Origin: Rebecca billardiae RCC1528
Taxonomy: Eukaryota > Protista > Haptophyta
Assembly (NCBI GenBank): GCA_965240325.2
Contig: OZ251242.1
Span: forward strand, 682,001 to 746,000
Length of the DNA: 64,000 bases
Direction: 5' to 3'
Shown: positions 20,101 through 31,885 of the stretch, piece by piece
Position numbering within the stretch: the stretch's first letter is position 1
Layout: each line of letters opens with the position of its first letter
The notes under the pieces: generated by a model
Database searches by the model: none
Seen by the model: only the letters and a program-made list of their open reading frames with translations
Told to the model about the DNA's origin: nothing
Made by a program: the position numbers and the translations under genes

Positions 20101-23100
20101 CGCGCGCGGGGCGCCGAGCGCAGCGCCGAGCGCCGCGCCACCGCCGCCGTGCGCGCCGCGCGCGGCGGCGGTGGCGCGGAGGCGGCGGCGGCGCGTTCGC
20201 GCAAGCGCACGCGTCGGCGCACGCGCGCCGATGCGTGCGCGCGCGGCGGGGGCGCGTGCATGCTGCACCACGCGCGCCGCCGCACACGCCGCTCAGCCGC
20301 GCCCCGCCCCGCGCCCTCCCCTGCGCGCAGTCGCACCAACGTGTCTGGCGAGGTCCAGGCACGCGTCGATGAGGCCGTTGAGGCGAACAAGGCGCGGCTG
20401 CAGCAGGAGCCGCCCAGGTGCAAGCGGCGGGGGGGGCACAACGCGCCGCGCCCGTGCACGCGCGGCGCGGGCGGGAAACCGGGCAGCGGCTGGGGGCGAT
20501 TGGCCGCCCGTTGCGCAGCGCATCGCGGCTCTGCCGTTGCGCGCCCGCGGCGCGCGCTCCGCCGCCGCTCACGCGCGCCTCTCGCCGTGCCCTCGGCCGG
20601 CGCGCGCGCAGTGACGACTCTGCTGACGACTCGGCCTCTGGCGATGAGCCTGAGGACGAGGAGGCGGAGGCGGCGGAGGACGAGGCGGAGAAGGCGAGTG
20701 CGCGCGCGCGCGCCGAGGCCGCCGCCGCGGCGGGTGGCGCCTCCGACGCGCCCCGCGGCGTCGACCGCCTCGGCTTCCTCGCCATGGCCGTCGCGCTCGT
20801 GCAGACGGTGCTCGCTGTCGTGAAGAGCTCCGACGCCTCGCTGTGCGTCGGCATCTACGCGCCGTGGGGCGGCGGCAAGTCGTTCTTCCTCAACGCGTTC
20901 GTGCTGCGGCTCGAGGCGTGCCACCGCGTGGAGGATGTGCGTGCGCTGTGGGCGTGGGTGCGGCGCGAGAAGACATCTCTCGACCCACCGCCCAAGCCGG
21001 GCGAGTCCCGCGCGGTGGACGCGCTCGTGCGCGCGCTGCGCGCCGCGCTGCGCCACGGGTACGTCAACCAGGAGGAGAAGAGCGAGCTGCGCGCTCTCGT
21101 GTCGTCCAACAAGGGCTTGCGCGAGCGGGCGGCGGCCGCGGAGGCGGAGGGCGAGCGCCGTGTTGAAGACGACGAGGAGGTGGAGCTGCCTGCGCTGATG
21201 GACCCCGACTGGCTCGCACGGCTGGTGGTGCTCACGCTGCGCGGCTGGCTCGCCTTTGGGCGCGACGTGCGCAGCGCGCAGGCGGCGATGTGCAGCACGC
21301 TCTGGTGGCCCGCGCGCTCACTGCCCGCGCGTGCGGGGCGAGTGGTACCCACGAGTACTGCCGACAGTGAGCAGGAGTATCAGCTGTTGCCCGGCGGCGG
21401 CGGCGCAGCGGACGACGAGAAGGAGCTGCCGAGCGAGTCGCAGCCTGGCGCGCGTGCGGACGCTGCGCCGCTCACGGACGAGGAGCGCTCGCGCGCCGAG
21501 GTGCTCGCGGTGCGCGCCGCGCTGCTGTGTCTCGGCACGCAGCTCGTGCTGCTGCTGCTGCTCGTCTTCGGCATGCTCGCGGTCGTGCTTGCGATTGTGT
21601 GGCAGCCGCCCACGCTCTACGCCAACGCGGTGCCGCCGCCCTGGCCGGCGGTGGTGGGGCTAGTGCTGCTCGGCGGCGCGTGTGTCGGCGCGAGCGCGCT
21701 GCTCCCCGTGGGCGCCGCGTGCGCGCGCATCCGTCTGAGTCGCGGCGCGGCTCCCCACGAGGCGCGGACGCGCGACAAGCAGCTGGCGCTACACGCTTTC
21801 CAGCTGCTCGCCGGCAGCACCCAGCCGCGCGGCGCGCTCGACGATGGGGAGCCCCACGCGGCCGAGGCCGAGTCTGCCGGCGACAGCGTGGAGGGGCGAG
21901 CGCGCTGGTTTGTGCTGCTCGTCGCGCGCCGCAGCATGCTCGGCTGGATCGAGGCTGCACAGGCGCTGAGCGGCGTCGTCGGCATGCTCGGTGCGTGCCT
22001 GTCGTGCTGCGGCTGCTGGCGCTGCGGCCTCGGCCCCTCGCGCCCTCGCGCCGCGCAGCGGATGCCGCTGGGCGCCACCATGCACGTGAACGTCGTCTTC
22101 AACGCGTGGCTCTACTCGGGCGCGGACAACCTGTGGGCGGCGATGACGCTCGCGATGTGGGACGCGATCGAGCGCAAGCTCGGCAAAGACGCTGTGCGGC
22201 GGCACCGTGCGACCATCGAGCTGTCGCGCCGCCTTGCCGACGAGACGGATGCGGACGACTTGGCCACGCGCCTCGGGAAGCGGCGCGAGGCTAAGCGCAT
22301 CGCCATGCTGCGCTTCTTCAACGCGGCGCTCGCTGTGCCAGTCGTCTTTGTCGTGGCGTGGGCCATCTTCGAGGCGGTGGTCACGCGCGTGGTGTGCGCA
22401 GACGGCAGCGGCGCGTCGGATGCGGGCGTGGCTGCCGAGCTGTGCACGTGCGTGGCCGACGCCGCGCTGCAGGCGTCGGAGAGCGGCGGGCTGCTGCCGT
22501 GGGGCCAAGCGTGGTGGTGCGCAGCCGACCGGCTGTCGGTGTTGCTGCCGTCCTCGTTTGTCGCGCTGCTACCGCTGGGCGCACGCACGCTCGCGTACGC
22601 GCGCATCGTGCGCCCCTTCCTGACGCAGTCGCAGGGCGACGTGCTGTATGCCGAGGCGAAGGCGCTGGGCAGCTCGGACGCAGGGCTCTCCGCCCTCGGC
22701 TTCATGGCGAAGGTGAAGGCGGAGGTGCGCCACCTGTACGACTGCATCGGCACGACGCGCTACGTCGACACGGAGATCGGCTGCGAGCGGAAGCTGCGGC
22801 TGCTCGTCACCGTGGACGACCTCGACCGCTGCCCGCCCGAGATGGTGGTGCCCGTGCTCGAGGCGCTCATCCTGCTCCTCGCCAACGACGCGTCGATGGT
22901 GGGCGGCGGCCAGGATGCGCACGCGCCGATCACGGCGCTCCTCGCGATCGACCCGCGCGTCGTGACGAGCGCGATCGTCTCGATGCAGCGGGTGCTGCGC
23001 GAGGCGCACATCACGGGCGAGGAGTACCTCGCCAAGATCGTGCAGATCCCGTTCTGCTTCCCGCGGATGCAGCCGACCAAGATGGCAGCGTACGTGCGCT

Positions 23101-26100
23101 ACCTCGTGGGCGGCAAGCCGAACCCACGCCTGCTGCTGCAGCGCGCGTGCGAGGTCGTCGCAGCGATGCCCACCATCGGCGGCGCCCCATCCTCGGACGA
23201 TGCCGCGCTGCGCATGCTGGGCCAGCTCGTCGCGCAGCTCTTTGACGCCGAGCGCGTGGCGTCGCGGCCCGAGCGCGTGCTCGAGCTCGGCATGCCCGAG
23301 CACGAGATGGCCAAGATCGTCGCCCGCGAGGGTGAGCGCGCCAACCCGGCGCTGCTGGCGCAGTTCAGCGCGCTCGTCGAGGAGATGCTCGAAGGGCTCG
23401 AGAGCGACGGCGAGGACGAGGCGGCCAAGGCGCGCCGGCTGCAGCGCGAGCTGCTCGATGCGGCCGAGAGCGGGCCAGAGGACGAGACCCCCGCTACTCC
23501 CCTTGCCCCGCTCGCAGCGGACGAAGGGGAGGGCAGCGCCCCAGCGGTTCGCGAGCCGGCCGCCATTGAGGCCGCGCAGCCGCGCGCGCTGCCTCCGATG
23601 CCCAGCCTCGCGCCCGACGCCAGCCACTCGTTTTGGCTCGCTCGGCCGCGCGCTCTCGTGGACAACAAGGGTGTGCCGCAAGGGGAGCGCATGCCTCATT
23701 CGGCCGGAAGGGGCGTCGATCTCGTCGTCAACGCGTCTGCTGCGTGCCAGCTGCTCACGCTGCCGAGCGCAGACGCGGTCGCCGACGAGAAGCAGCAGCC
23801 GGCAGCGGCGCGCTGGCTGCGCGTGCTGCCCGCTGCGCGCGAGGGCGGGCGCTCTGAGCCCATCCTCGGCGTGTGCTTCTCGCCGTCGGGCAGCCTGCTC
23901 GCCTCCGCCGGCAACGACGGCGCTGTGCAGCTGTGGGACAGAAGCTCGACCCAGGACGCGCGCCGCGTGCTCTCTGGCCACGAGGGCGCCGTCAACGCCG
24001 TTTGCTTCTCGCCCTCGGGCCTCGCGCTCGCTTCCGGCGGCGCCGACCGGAAGGTGCGGCTGTGGGACCCGACCAAGGCCAAGCAGCTGCGCGCGCTCAA
24101 GGGCCACTCGGGCAAGGTCTTGTCGGTGCAGTTCTCGCCCTCTGGCACCTTGCTCGCCTCCGGCGGCGCCGACGGCACTGTGCGGCTGTGGGACGCCGAG
24201 GCCGGAGCAGAGCTGCGCGTGCTCAAGGGGCACGAGGGCGCCGTCCGCGCCGTGTGCTTCTCTCCTTCGGGCAACGTGCTCGCCTCCGCTGGTGCCGACC
24301 CAACGGTGCGGCTGTGGGGATCCGAGGCGGGCACGCAGCTGCGCGCGCTCGACGGCCACACGGACGGCGTCACCGCGCTGCAGTTTGCACCGTCGGGCGA
24401 AATGCTCGCCTCGGGCGGCGCCGACGGCACACTGCGGCTGTGGAAACCGACCGCACACGAGCCCTTCCGATTGCTCGAGGGCCACGCAGGTGCCGTCGCG
24501 GCCGTGTGCTTCTCGCCCTCGGGCGCTCTGCTCGCCTCCGGCGGCGTGGACCAGACGGTGCGTCTGTGGGACTTTGCCGGGCTGGCCGAGGCGCCAGAGG
24601 CGCCCCAGGCGCGCACGCTCGGCAAGCACGTTGGCAAAGTCACGTCGGTGCACTTTGCGCCCTCCGGCGACGTGCTCTGCTCTGGCGGCGCCGACGGCAG
24701 CTTGCGCGTATGGCCTATCAGTGCGTCCTCGCTCGCGCCCGCCATCGCGTGCCGCGTCTCGCTCGAGAAGCCGGACGCGAGCGTGTGGCGCCTCTCCACA
24801 GCCGGAGGCGGCGCGGAGGCCGGCACTGCTGTGGTGGTGCACTTCGAGAGCGGCTGGCAGCAGCAGGTGGTGCTCGTGCCCGCGGCGGGCGCGCCCAGCC
24901 GGCCCCAGGCCGAGCCAGCGGAGCAGCGCGTCCTCGGCGCCATCAGCCTGCGCTTCGAGCTGCTCGGCCCGGACAGGCGCGCCGTGCGCGGCGCGACGCG
25001 CGTGCGCGCGCTCAAGTGGCTCGCGCAGACGGACAGCGCGCGGGTGGAGGCACTCGAGCGCGCGGCAGCGCCGGTGCTGCCCGCGCGCGAGCGCGAGATG
25101 CTGGGCGAGCTGGTGCGCTACATCGACGGCAACCCGCGCCGCGTGAAGCGCATCGTCAACGTGCTGTCCGTCGCGCGGGGCGTGGCACAGCAGCTGGTGG
25201 GCAAGCAGCTCGAGCAGCACGAGCCCTTTGTGCGCAAGCTGATCGCGCTCGTCGTGCTGCTCGAGCAGTGGCCGCACCGGATGGCGTGGCTGCTCACCGC
25301 GGTGGAGAACGTGCAGCAGCTGCGTGAGACGCTGCGCGCTGTCGTCGCCGACCCCGAGCGCGACGAGGACGACCACAGGTGGATTGCTGATGCGCTCAGG
25401 CAGCGGCTGTACCACCTCGAGGGCGCGCACGCGTGGCGGACGGAGATGCTCGCTGTGCGCATCTTCGAGGCGCGCATCGAGCCGATGCTGCACGCACCCG
25501 AGTCTGCGAAGCAGCAGCTCGCACTCGACTCGGACCCCGAGCTCTTCATCGCGCTCCTCGAGCACTCCAAGCTCACCGTGCGCGACCTGCTGCAGCCCAG
25601 GTGGCGCACCAGTGCGTACGCTGCCACCGCGGAGGCGGCGGCGGCGCAGGCCACGGAGGCGGCCGCGGCGCCGGCCGCTGCGCCGGCGGCCGCCGTGGCG
25701 GATGCGGAGCGCCCCATCCTCGAGCCGCCGCCCACCGAGTTTGCGCTGTGCACGTACACCTTCAACCTCAGCCCGGGCGTGCTCGCGCAGGCGGTGCGCG
25801 ACATAGACACGCTGATGCTCACGGACGGCGACACTGCCGCCGAGTCGTCGCAGCCGGCAGCGGAGGGTGCGCCGGCGGCGGACGACGGCGGTGGAGCCGG
25901 CACGACGCCCGCCGCGACGATGATTGGCAGCGGTCGGCGCATGCAGGGCCGCTACCGGCGCAAGCACTCCGTCTACGCGGACACACAGCAGAAGGGCGGC
26001 GGCGAGAGCGGCGAGCTCGTCGCGCTGCTGCGCGAGCAGATGCAGGAGCAGCAGCAGCAGATGCGCGAGCAGATGCAGCAGATGCGCGAGCAGATGCAGG

Positions 26101-26327
26101 CGCAGCAGACGGCTCGATCCGCAGCAGGGTGGCGGCGAGAGTGGCGAGCTCGTCGCGCTGCTGCGCGAGCAGATGCAGGCGCAGCAGCAGCAGATGCGCG
26201 AGCAGATGCAGCAGATGCAGGCGCAGCAGCAGCTGCTGCGCGAGCAGATGCAGATGCAGGCGCAGCAGAAGGCTCCGCAGCAGGGCGGCGGCGAGAGTGG
26301 CTAGCTCGTCGCGCTGCCGCGCGCTGA
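17159..26327 (+). CDS. LRR - transmembrane KAP-family P-loop NTPase - WD40 protein (spliced)
   Basis: Predicted exons 17159-17349, 17661-17747, 18112-18198, 18554-18640, 19005-19094, 19448-19534, 19899-19985, 20331-20417, 20612-26327, all introns GT-AG phase 2. RI-like LRRs (VGDEGATQLGAALASGKTRLRELxL), Walker A GIYAPWGGGKSF, FNAWLYSG, TM helices, Walker B VTVDDLDRC, YLAKIVQIPF, 7 WD40 repeats and GNPRRVKRIVN. Confidence 0.85.
17500..20340 (+). repeat. Tandem array of ~450-bp intron+LRR-exon modules
   Basis: Exon starts are spaced 451, 442, 451, 443, 451 and 432 bp, and the introns are near-identical. Confidence 0.95.
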
Positions 26328-26352
26328 GCAGATGCAGGCGCAGCAGCAGCAG
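25985..26352 (+). repeat. Gln-rich coding tandem repeat (QQGGGESGELVALLREQMQ...) in ~3 copies
   Basis: ggcggcgagagYggcKagctcgtcgcgctg recurs three times. A 4-nt insertion near 26116 shifts the frame relative to the repeat. Confidence 0.8.
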
Positions 26353-27730
26353 ATTGAGCCGCGCGCTCTCCGGCTGGGCGCAGCGCGCGGCCGCGGCACG
26401 CGCGCTGCGCGCCGCCACCGCCGCCGCCGCCTCCGCCGCGCCCTCCGCCGCGCTCGCGGCGTGGCGCGGCGCGGCGGCGGCGACCGCGTGCGCGCGCGCA
26501 GACGACGGGCGCGCACGCGCGCACGCGGCGCGCGCGGCCGAGCGCGCGGCGCGCGGCGCGCTGCGCGCGTGGCGCAAGGCTGGGCGTGTGTGACGCGTCA
26601 TGACGTGACGTCACGTCATGACGTCATGACGTGACGCGAGGAATGGCGTAACGTGACGCCCGGTCAGCGCTCTGCCCACGCCTGGCACACCCGGACTCAC
26701 AGTAGTGCCACAGCCGGCTTCGCGCGCGCGCGCGCGCGCGCCGCGTTGGCGCCGCGGTGCCGGGCGGCGGTGCAGCCCTGCCCCAACGTACTACAGGCAA
26801 TCGCGGGCAATAAGAAGTCAGATCTCACGGCTACAGTAGTCTCGGTTTCTTATAGCCGTTCGGTAGCCCGACCGCCTACGGAGTCTCAGTTTCTTAGTAG
26901 CTAGGTCCGCCCGCCGCGCAGGCGCGGGGGGCCGGCCGAGGGCCGGCTGAGCCCCCCGCTGAGTCTTTAGGCCGGCCGGCGAGGCCGAAGAAAAAAAATA
27001 ATTGGGCCATTTTATTGGCGGAGCAGCAAATCTGGCATGATGTTGCATGGCGGATGCTGCGGTGCACTGGCCAGGAGTCAGTCATCAGGAGAAGTCGGGA
27101 ATCCTCAGGCCTGTACTCGTAGTCGGGCCGCGCGCCGCCGGTCCCACGGGCACTGCGCCTCGGCGGACCTGACTCGTCAGCAGCGACGACATAGTCCCGG
27201 TTTCTTAGTGTGACTATGCGTATAGCGAACCAGCCGCCAATCGCTAGTCTTAGTTTCTAGGCCAGATCCGCAGATATCAAGCCCCAGTTTCTTATAACGT
27301 GACAGCTCCTTATTGCCCGCGATTGCCTGTACGTATCCCCTTACCGCAGTTCAATCTGCTTCGTATGGAAGCAGATTTGACGGCGGCCGCTGCGCGCGCT
27401 TTGCGGCCCGCACCCACGCGCGCCTGGGCGTTGAACACTACTGCTTGCGAGAGTGTCAAGGCATGGTCTAGTAGTCGTCTACTGTAGCTACCGCCTCATC
27501 AGACAGCCGCCAGCCTACGGAGTACCTGTCCAGATTCACCGCCGTAGTATAGTCCACCGGATGATGGCAACGCGCGGCGCGCGGCGGCGCCGAGCAGCTG
27601 CCGTCGTGCTGGCTGGGCACTCGAGTGGCCCGCGACACCCGGCTGCACTCCTTGCAGCCGCTTCCAGCACGTGGGCGACTACCGACGACAAAGATGATGA
27701 TCGTATAAACAGCGCGCATGCATATATCCG

Positions 27731-27869
27731 CCCCTCTTAGACCACAGACACAGTGTCTAACGAGAACCGTTAAGTCGTCGGACCAACCGTCGGCGGCCCT
27801 TGGCAACATGGCCACCGTGACGGCCGGTACTCGGTAGAGGCCGGCAGTACAGTAAGGCAGGATCCAGGC
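27731..27869 (+). mobile_element. Degenerate relic of the start of repeat A of the YR retrotransposon
   Basis: cccctcttagaccacag...ccaaccgtcggcggcccttggcaacat...aaggcaggatccaggc aligns with 5056-5169, with small insertions. Confidence 0.85.
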
Positions 27870-29849
27870 TGACGCGCGTCGTTGAAGGCGGGGACTGTGG
27901 AGGCGCAGCTGCTGGCATCAGAGAACTTGTGCTTTATTCTGTTGGCGAAGCTGGGCATCAACATTGCCCCGACCTCAACTTCACCGACGACGACAAGTTC
28001 AGGCTGAGGAGGTACCTCGTCAAGCACTGCGGTGTGCTGAAGCGAGCGATCGAGCGCACCAAAAATGGCCACGCGTGGCCCGGGCCGCGGAAGGGCTCCG
28101 GCGCGGTGAGTACCGGCGCGAGCTGGCCAAGTTGATGGCTCGGTAGGCGAGCCTCATGCAGGTCTTCAAAGACGGGCGGGCTGCTGACCGCGACTAGTCG
28201 GAGTGCAGCTGTCTAATCGCGCTCTTCATGAGTACTCAGTCAGTACTACGGTCTGTCGTGGACGATTAGATTTCGTCATTATTCACTCCCAAAATAATAG
28301 CCCCAACATTTTCTTCGCCTCGGACCGGCGGGGCCCCCGGGGGGGAACCCCCGGAGCCCCCCCCCCCCGTGGGCCGGACTCGTCACGTGATGTCACGTGA
28401 TCACGCCTGTTGGGCAGCCGTGACGACACGTGATGGTCACTGTACGACGAATTCCCAGCCCTGATGGGCCGGGACCGACCCTAATAGGAGGCGCTCCTAT
28501 TCATAAGACGGGGAAGCACGAATATTGCGCACGCCACCGTATAGTTCGCCCATTCGTATGTGCGAACTGCCTGCGAATAAGTGTTCCGGGGTGCGTAGCG
28601 GCGGCGACCACGCGGCGGTCAACACCAACTCTCGCCCTCGTGGAGCACCGAGCTCTCTGCCGACGGCGTAGCGCGCGAGTGCAGGTGTCGAGCGTCCAGC
28701 GCCCATGATTGGTCAGGATTGGCAGCACTGAGCGATACACGCTAGGGAAGCCCCAGCGCCCAGCGCGCATGCTCTCTCGCCCTCTCTCGCCGCGCCCGGG
28801 GGTGCCGCATGCCAGTGATCAGCATTTGAAGGTGCCCGGCACGTGCCCGTCATTGCTTACTTACGCGACGGCTCGCGAGCAGAGTGGGAAGCGACCGAAT
28901 GCGGCAGTCGCAGCATGGCATCGCTCTACGATTGGCCGCTGGGGGCACAGCCCACGTGTAGCGCGAGTGCCAGCTCTCGTCCCTGAGACCATCGCCGGGC
29001 GTGCCAGGGTCGCTAGGTCGGAACTCGCGGGGCCATTGTATGGAGCAAGCGCCAGCAAACTTGTTCAAATACCCAAACTACCACTGGCGCCAGTCGCGCG
29101 CTTGCTCAGAGAGGGTTCGTACTGCGCAGAAAGCGGAGTCGTGGTTATTTAAATAGGCACACAAGCTGGGCCGCCATAGTTGGGCCGCGTTATAAATGCC
29201 GGCCCCGCGTTTACTTACTTTCGAATAATGGCGGATATATATATATATATATAGTCGTCATTCATTGAAACGGGTAGAGACCCCCGCGAGGCTACGCGAG
29301 AGACCCCGGCCCGCATCCGAACCGGGTATGCTGAAGTAGACATTTAGTAGTGACGCGAGTTATATCATCATCACTACTGCTGCTGTAGCAGCAGATGACC
29401 GCCGAGTTAATTAATTATAGCCAAGCGACGACGACGTGCGTTTGATTATTATTGATATTATTGTGTAGTTCGGGGAGCAGTCGAATTAACTGTAACAGCG
29501 CAGCGCGCTATGTGACGGGCCAGCAGACGATTCTTTTGAATATTATAATAATGAATAGCGCGCTACTTGTTATTAAAATAAGTTGACCCGCCTGCCTCTA
29601 TGGATGAACCGCCTCGTAATTAATCTGTCGTCCTGCTCGTGTCAGCAGATCGGCCTGCTCCCCGGGCAGTCTCAGTCCGCGGCGCGATCCGCGCGCCGCG
29701 CGTCGCCGCAGGGCAGCGCAGCGCGGTGCGATCGACTGCGATCGAGCACGCGCATCGTCGTCAGAATGTTTGTTCCGGGCGATCGTCGCCGGCGCCACAC
29801 GCCGCCATCCTGGCATCCATCCATCCGCCAGCAGCCGCCTATAGATCTG

Positions 29850-31123
29850 TCAGACATTATTTCGGCTCGCCTCGACGGCGGGCAGCACGATGATGAGCAG
29901 GATGATGAGGAAGATGAGCACCGCGCAGCACATCTTTTTCCTGAAGCTCTTCTGGTACTTGTTCGCGGAGCGCAGCTCGTCCACCGCCTTGGACGTGTAC
30001 TGCACGCTCTGCGAGACCGTGTACTCGATCTGGTCGAGCAGCTCGCCCTGCGGCCCGGACGCAGGCGTGCGCGCGGGCAGGGAGGGAGGGGTTCGGATGA
30101 CGAGGGAGCTCGCACGCGGGCGGCACAAGGGCGGCTGCGCGCCGGGCGAGCGCGCGTGCCCTCCGCCGAGCCGCGCCGCGCGGGCGCCGCCCTCCTCCCC
30201 GCGCCCGAATCACCGCCGCCCCGCCCTCCGTCCGTGCCGCGCCCCGCCCTTGCACCGCCCGCGCGCTCCGCCCCGCCAGCCACCGCCCCTCCGCCCTCCC
30301 GCCCTCCTCCTTCGCGCACCCACCTCTCCACGCGCACGCCCACGCCCGCCCCGCCCCTCCTCCGCGCACCCACCTCTCCACGCGCACGCCCACGCCCGCC
30401 CCGCCCCTCCTCCGCGCACCTGGCTCTCGACCAGCACGGCCATGCCCACCCCGCCCCTCCTCTCCTTTCTCCACGCGCACGCCCGCCCCGCCCCTCCTCC
30501 GCGCACCTGGCTCTCGACCAGCACGGCCATGTCGAGGAAGAGCTGGTGCAGCTCTGCGATCGACTGCTCGAGCCGGGCGATGTCGCGGTGGCGCTCCTGG
30601 ATGTCGGCGAGGGCGTTCTTCGCGGCGGCGTGGCCGGGCTGCTGCAGGATCTGCTGCGTGAAGATCTCCTGCTGCGCGTCCCCCTCGAGCACCTGCTCGA
30701 TCTCGTCGCGCGTCGCCTCGGGCTTGACAATCTTGTACTGCCGCTCGACGCGCTCCCGGTACTTCTGCTTGTACTTGGTCTGTACTTCTTGGTACTCGGC
30801 CATGAGCTCGACGAACTTGCGCGTGAGCGTGCCGTGCTGGTAGTTGCGGATGCGCGCCTCGCTCGACCCCTCCTCGCGGCGCATCAGCGCCTTGTTCTCC
30901 GCGTCCATCGCCTTGAGCTTGTTGCGCACCTCGGTCGCGGCCGCGTTGGTTGCGTCCATCAGGCTCTCGAGCTTCTCGTGCGAGGCCTTGCCCTGCTCGA
31001 CGCTGATCGCGGTGAGGCATTGGCCGTGATACTGCTCGATCAGCCGGATGTTCTGCTTGATCACGCCCATCACCGCCTTCACCTTGGCGATCTCTGCGAA
31101 GAAGTCCGCCATGAAGGCGCTGT

Positions 31124-31156
<33 letters not shown>

Positions 31157-31262
31157 TCGCGGGGCGCGCGCCCATCTCGACGTCGACCATGGCGTTCGGC
31201 GCGGAGGCGGCGGTGACAACGCCGCCGCCGCCGCCGCGGAGGTCGGCCAGGCGGTCCTGCAT
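29850..31262 (-). CDS. Syntaxin (Qa-SNARE, syntaxin-1/SYP1-like)
   Basis: Exons 31262-30507 and 30047-29850. MQDRLADL N-peptide, Habc domain, SNARE motif [40 protein letters not shown] and a C-terminal TM. Confidence 0.95.
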
Positions 31263-31885
31263 GCCGCTCTCACCCGGGGCCCCTCGCGCCCGCACAGAGC
31301 GCGGCGTCCGCCTTCGTGCGGGGCCAACTCCCGAATTCCTTGGCCCGGTGAAACTCTCGGACGCTTTTCAGTTTTCTCGGGTCGGCGTGGTGGAAAAGCA
31401 GCGAGGCGGGTTGTCAAAATGCTGCACTATCTATGGGGGTACCCGCTTTTGGCGTTTCATATCATTGTGCCCCCCCCGCTGCCGGCTCAAAGTTGTAATC
31501 AGCGTCCCACTGGCGGTTACAGGGCCGATGGCGAACGGGTAGGAGCGGAGCCGAGCCTGAAGCTTTCAGCTTGGTCGAAACTTGCCCGCACCCGCGCCCA
31601 GCGTGCGCGCGCCTTGCAACGAGCCGAGAGTGAGCGCAGAGCGTCCGCGCACGCGCAAGCAAGGCGGGCAGGATAAGTGAGCGCCCCGCCGCCGAGCGAG
31701 CGAGGGCGGCTTGTACTGCTGCCCTTTGCCCACCGAGCGCCGGTGGGCGACCAATCCGAGCGGCGGTGCGGTGGACGAGGGTGGGCCCTCGCCCGGAATC
31801 GGGCGCGACGACGTCCGCCTTTAGGTCGAGCGGCAAGGCCGCGCCGCCCGCGCAGGGCTTCGACGGCGTGGGCGCGACGACGCGG

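Noticed and set aside
17500-20340. CRISPR-like or non-coding satellite reading of the ~450-bp array
   Set aside because: The units are intron+exon modules with GT-AG sites and an in-frame LRR, with no unique spacers and no cas genes. The many Arg/Ala ORFs here are intron read-through.
8545-20417. Diversity-generating retroelement (RT next to variable repeats)
   Set aside because: The RT is DIRS-type within its own transposon, there is no template repeat, and LRR variation is not adenine-specific. The adjacency is explained by insertion.
22569-25967. 1132-aa minus-strand ORF and similar long antisense ORFs (29583-31676, 31517-32857, 46892-48169)
   Set aside because: Stop-poor shadows of GC3-rich genes on the opposite strand.
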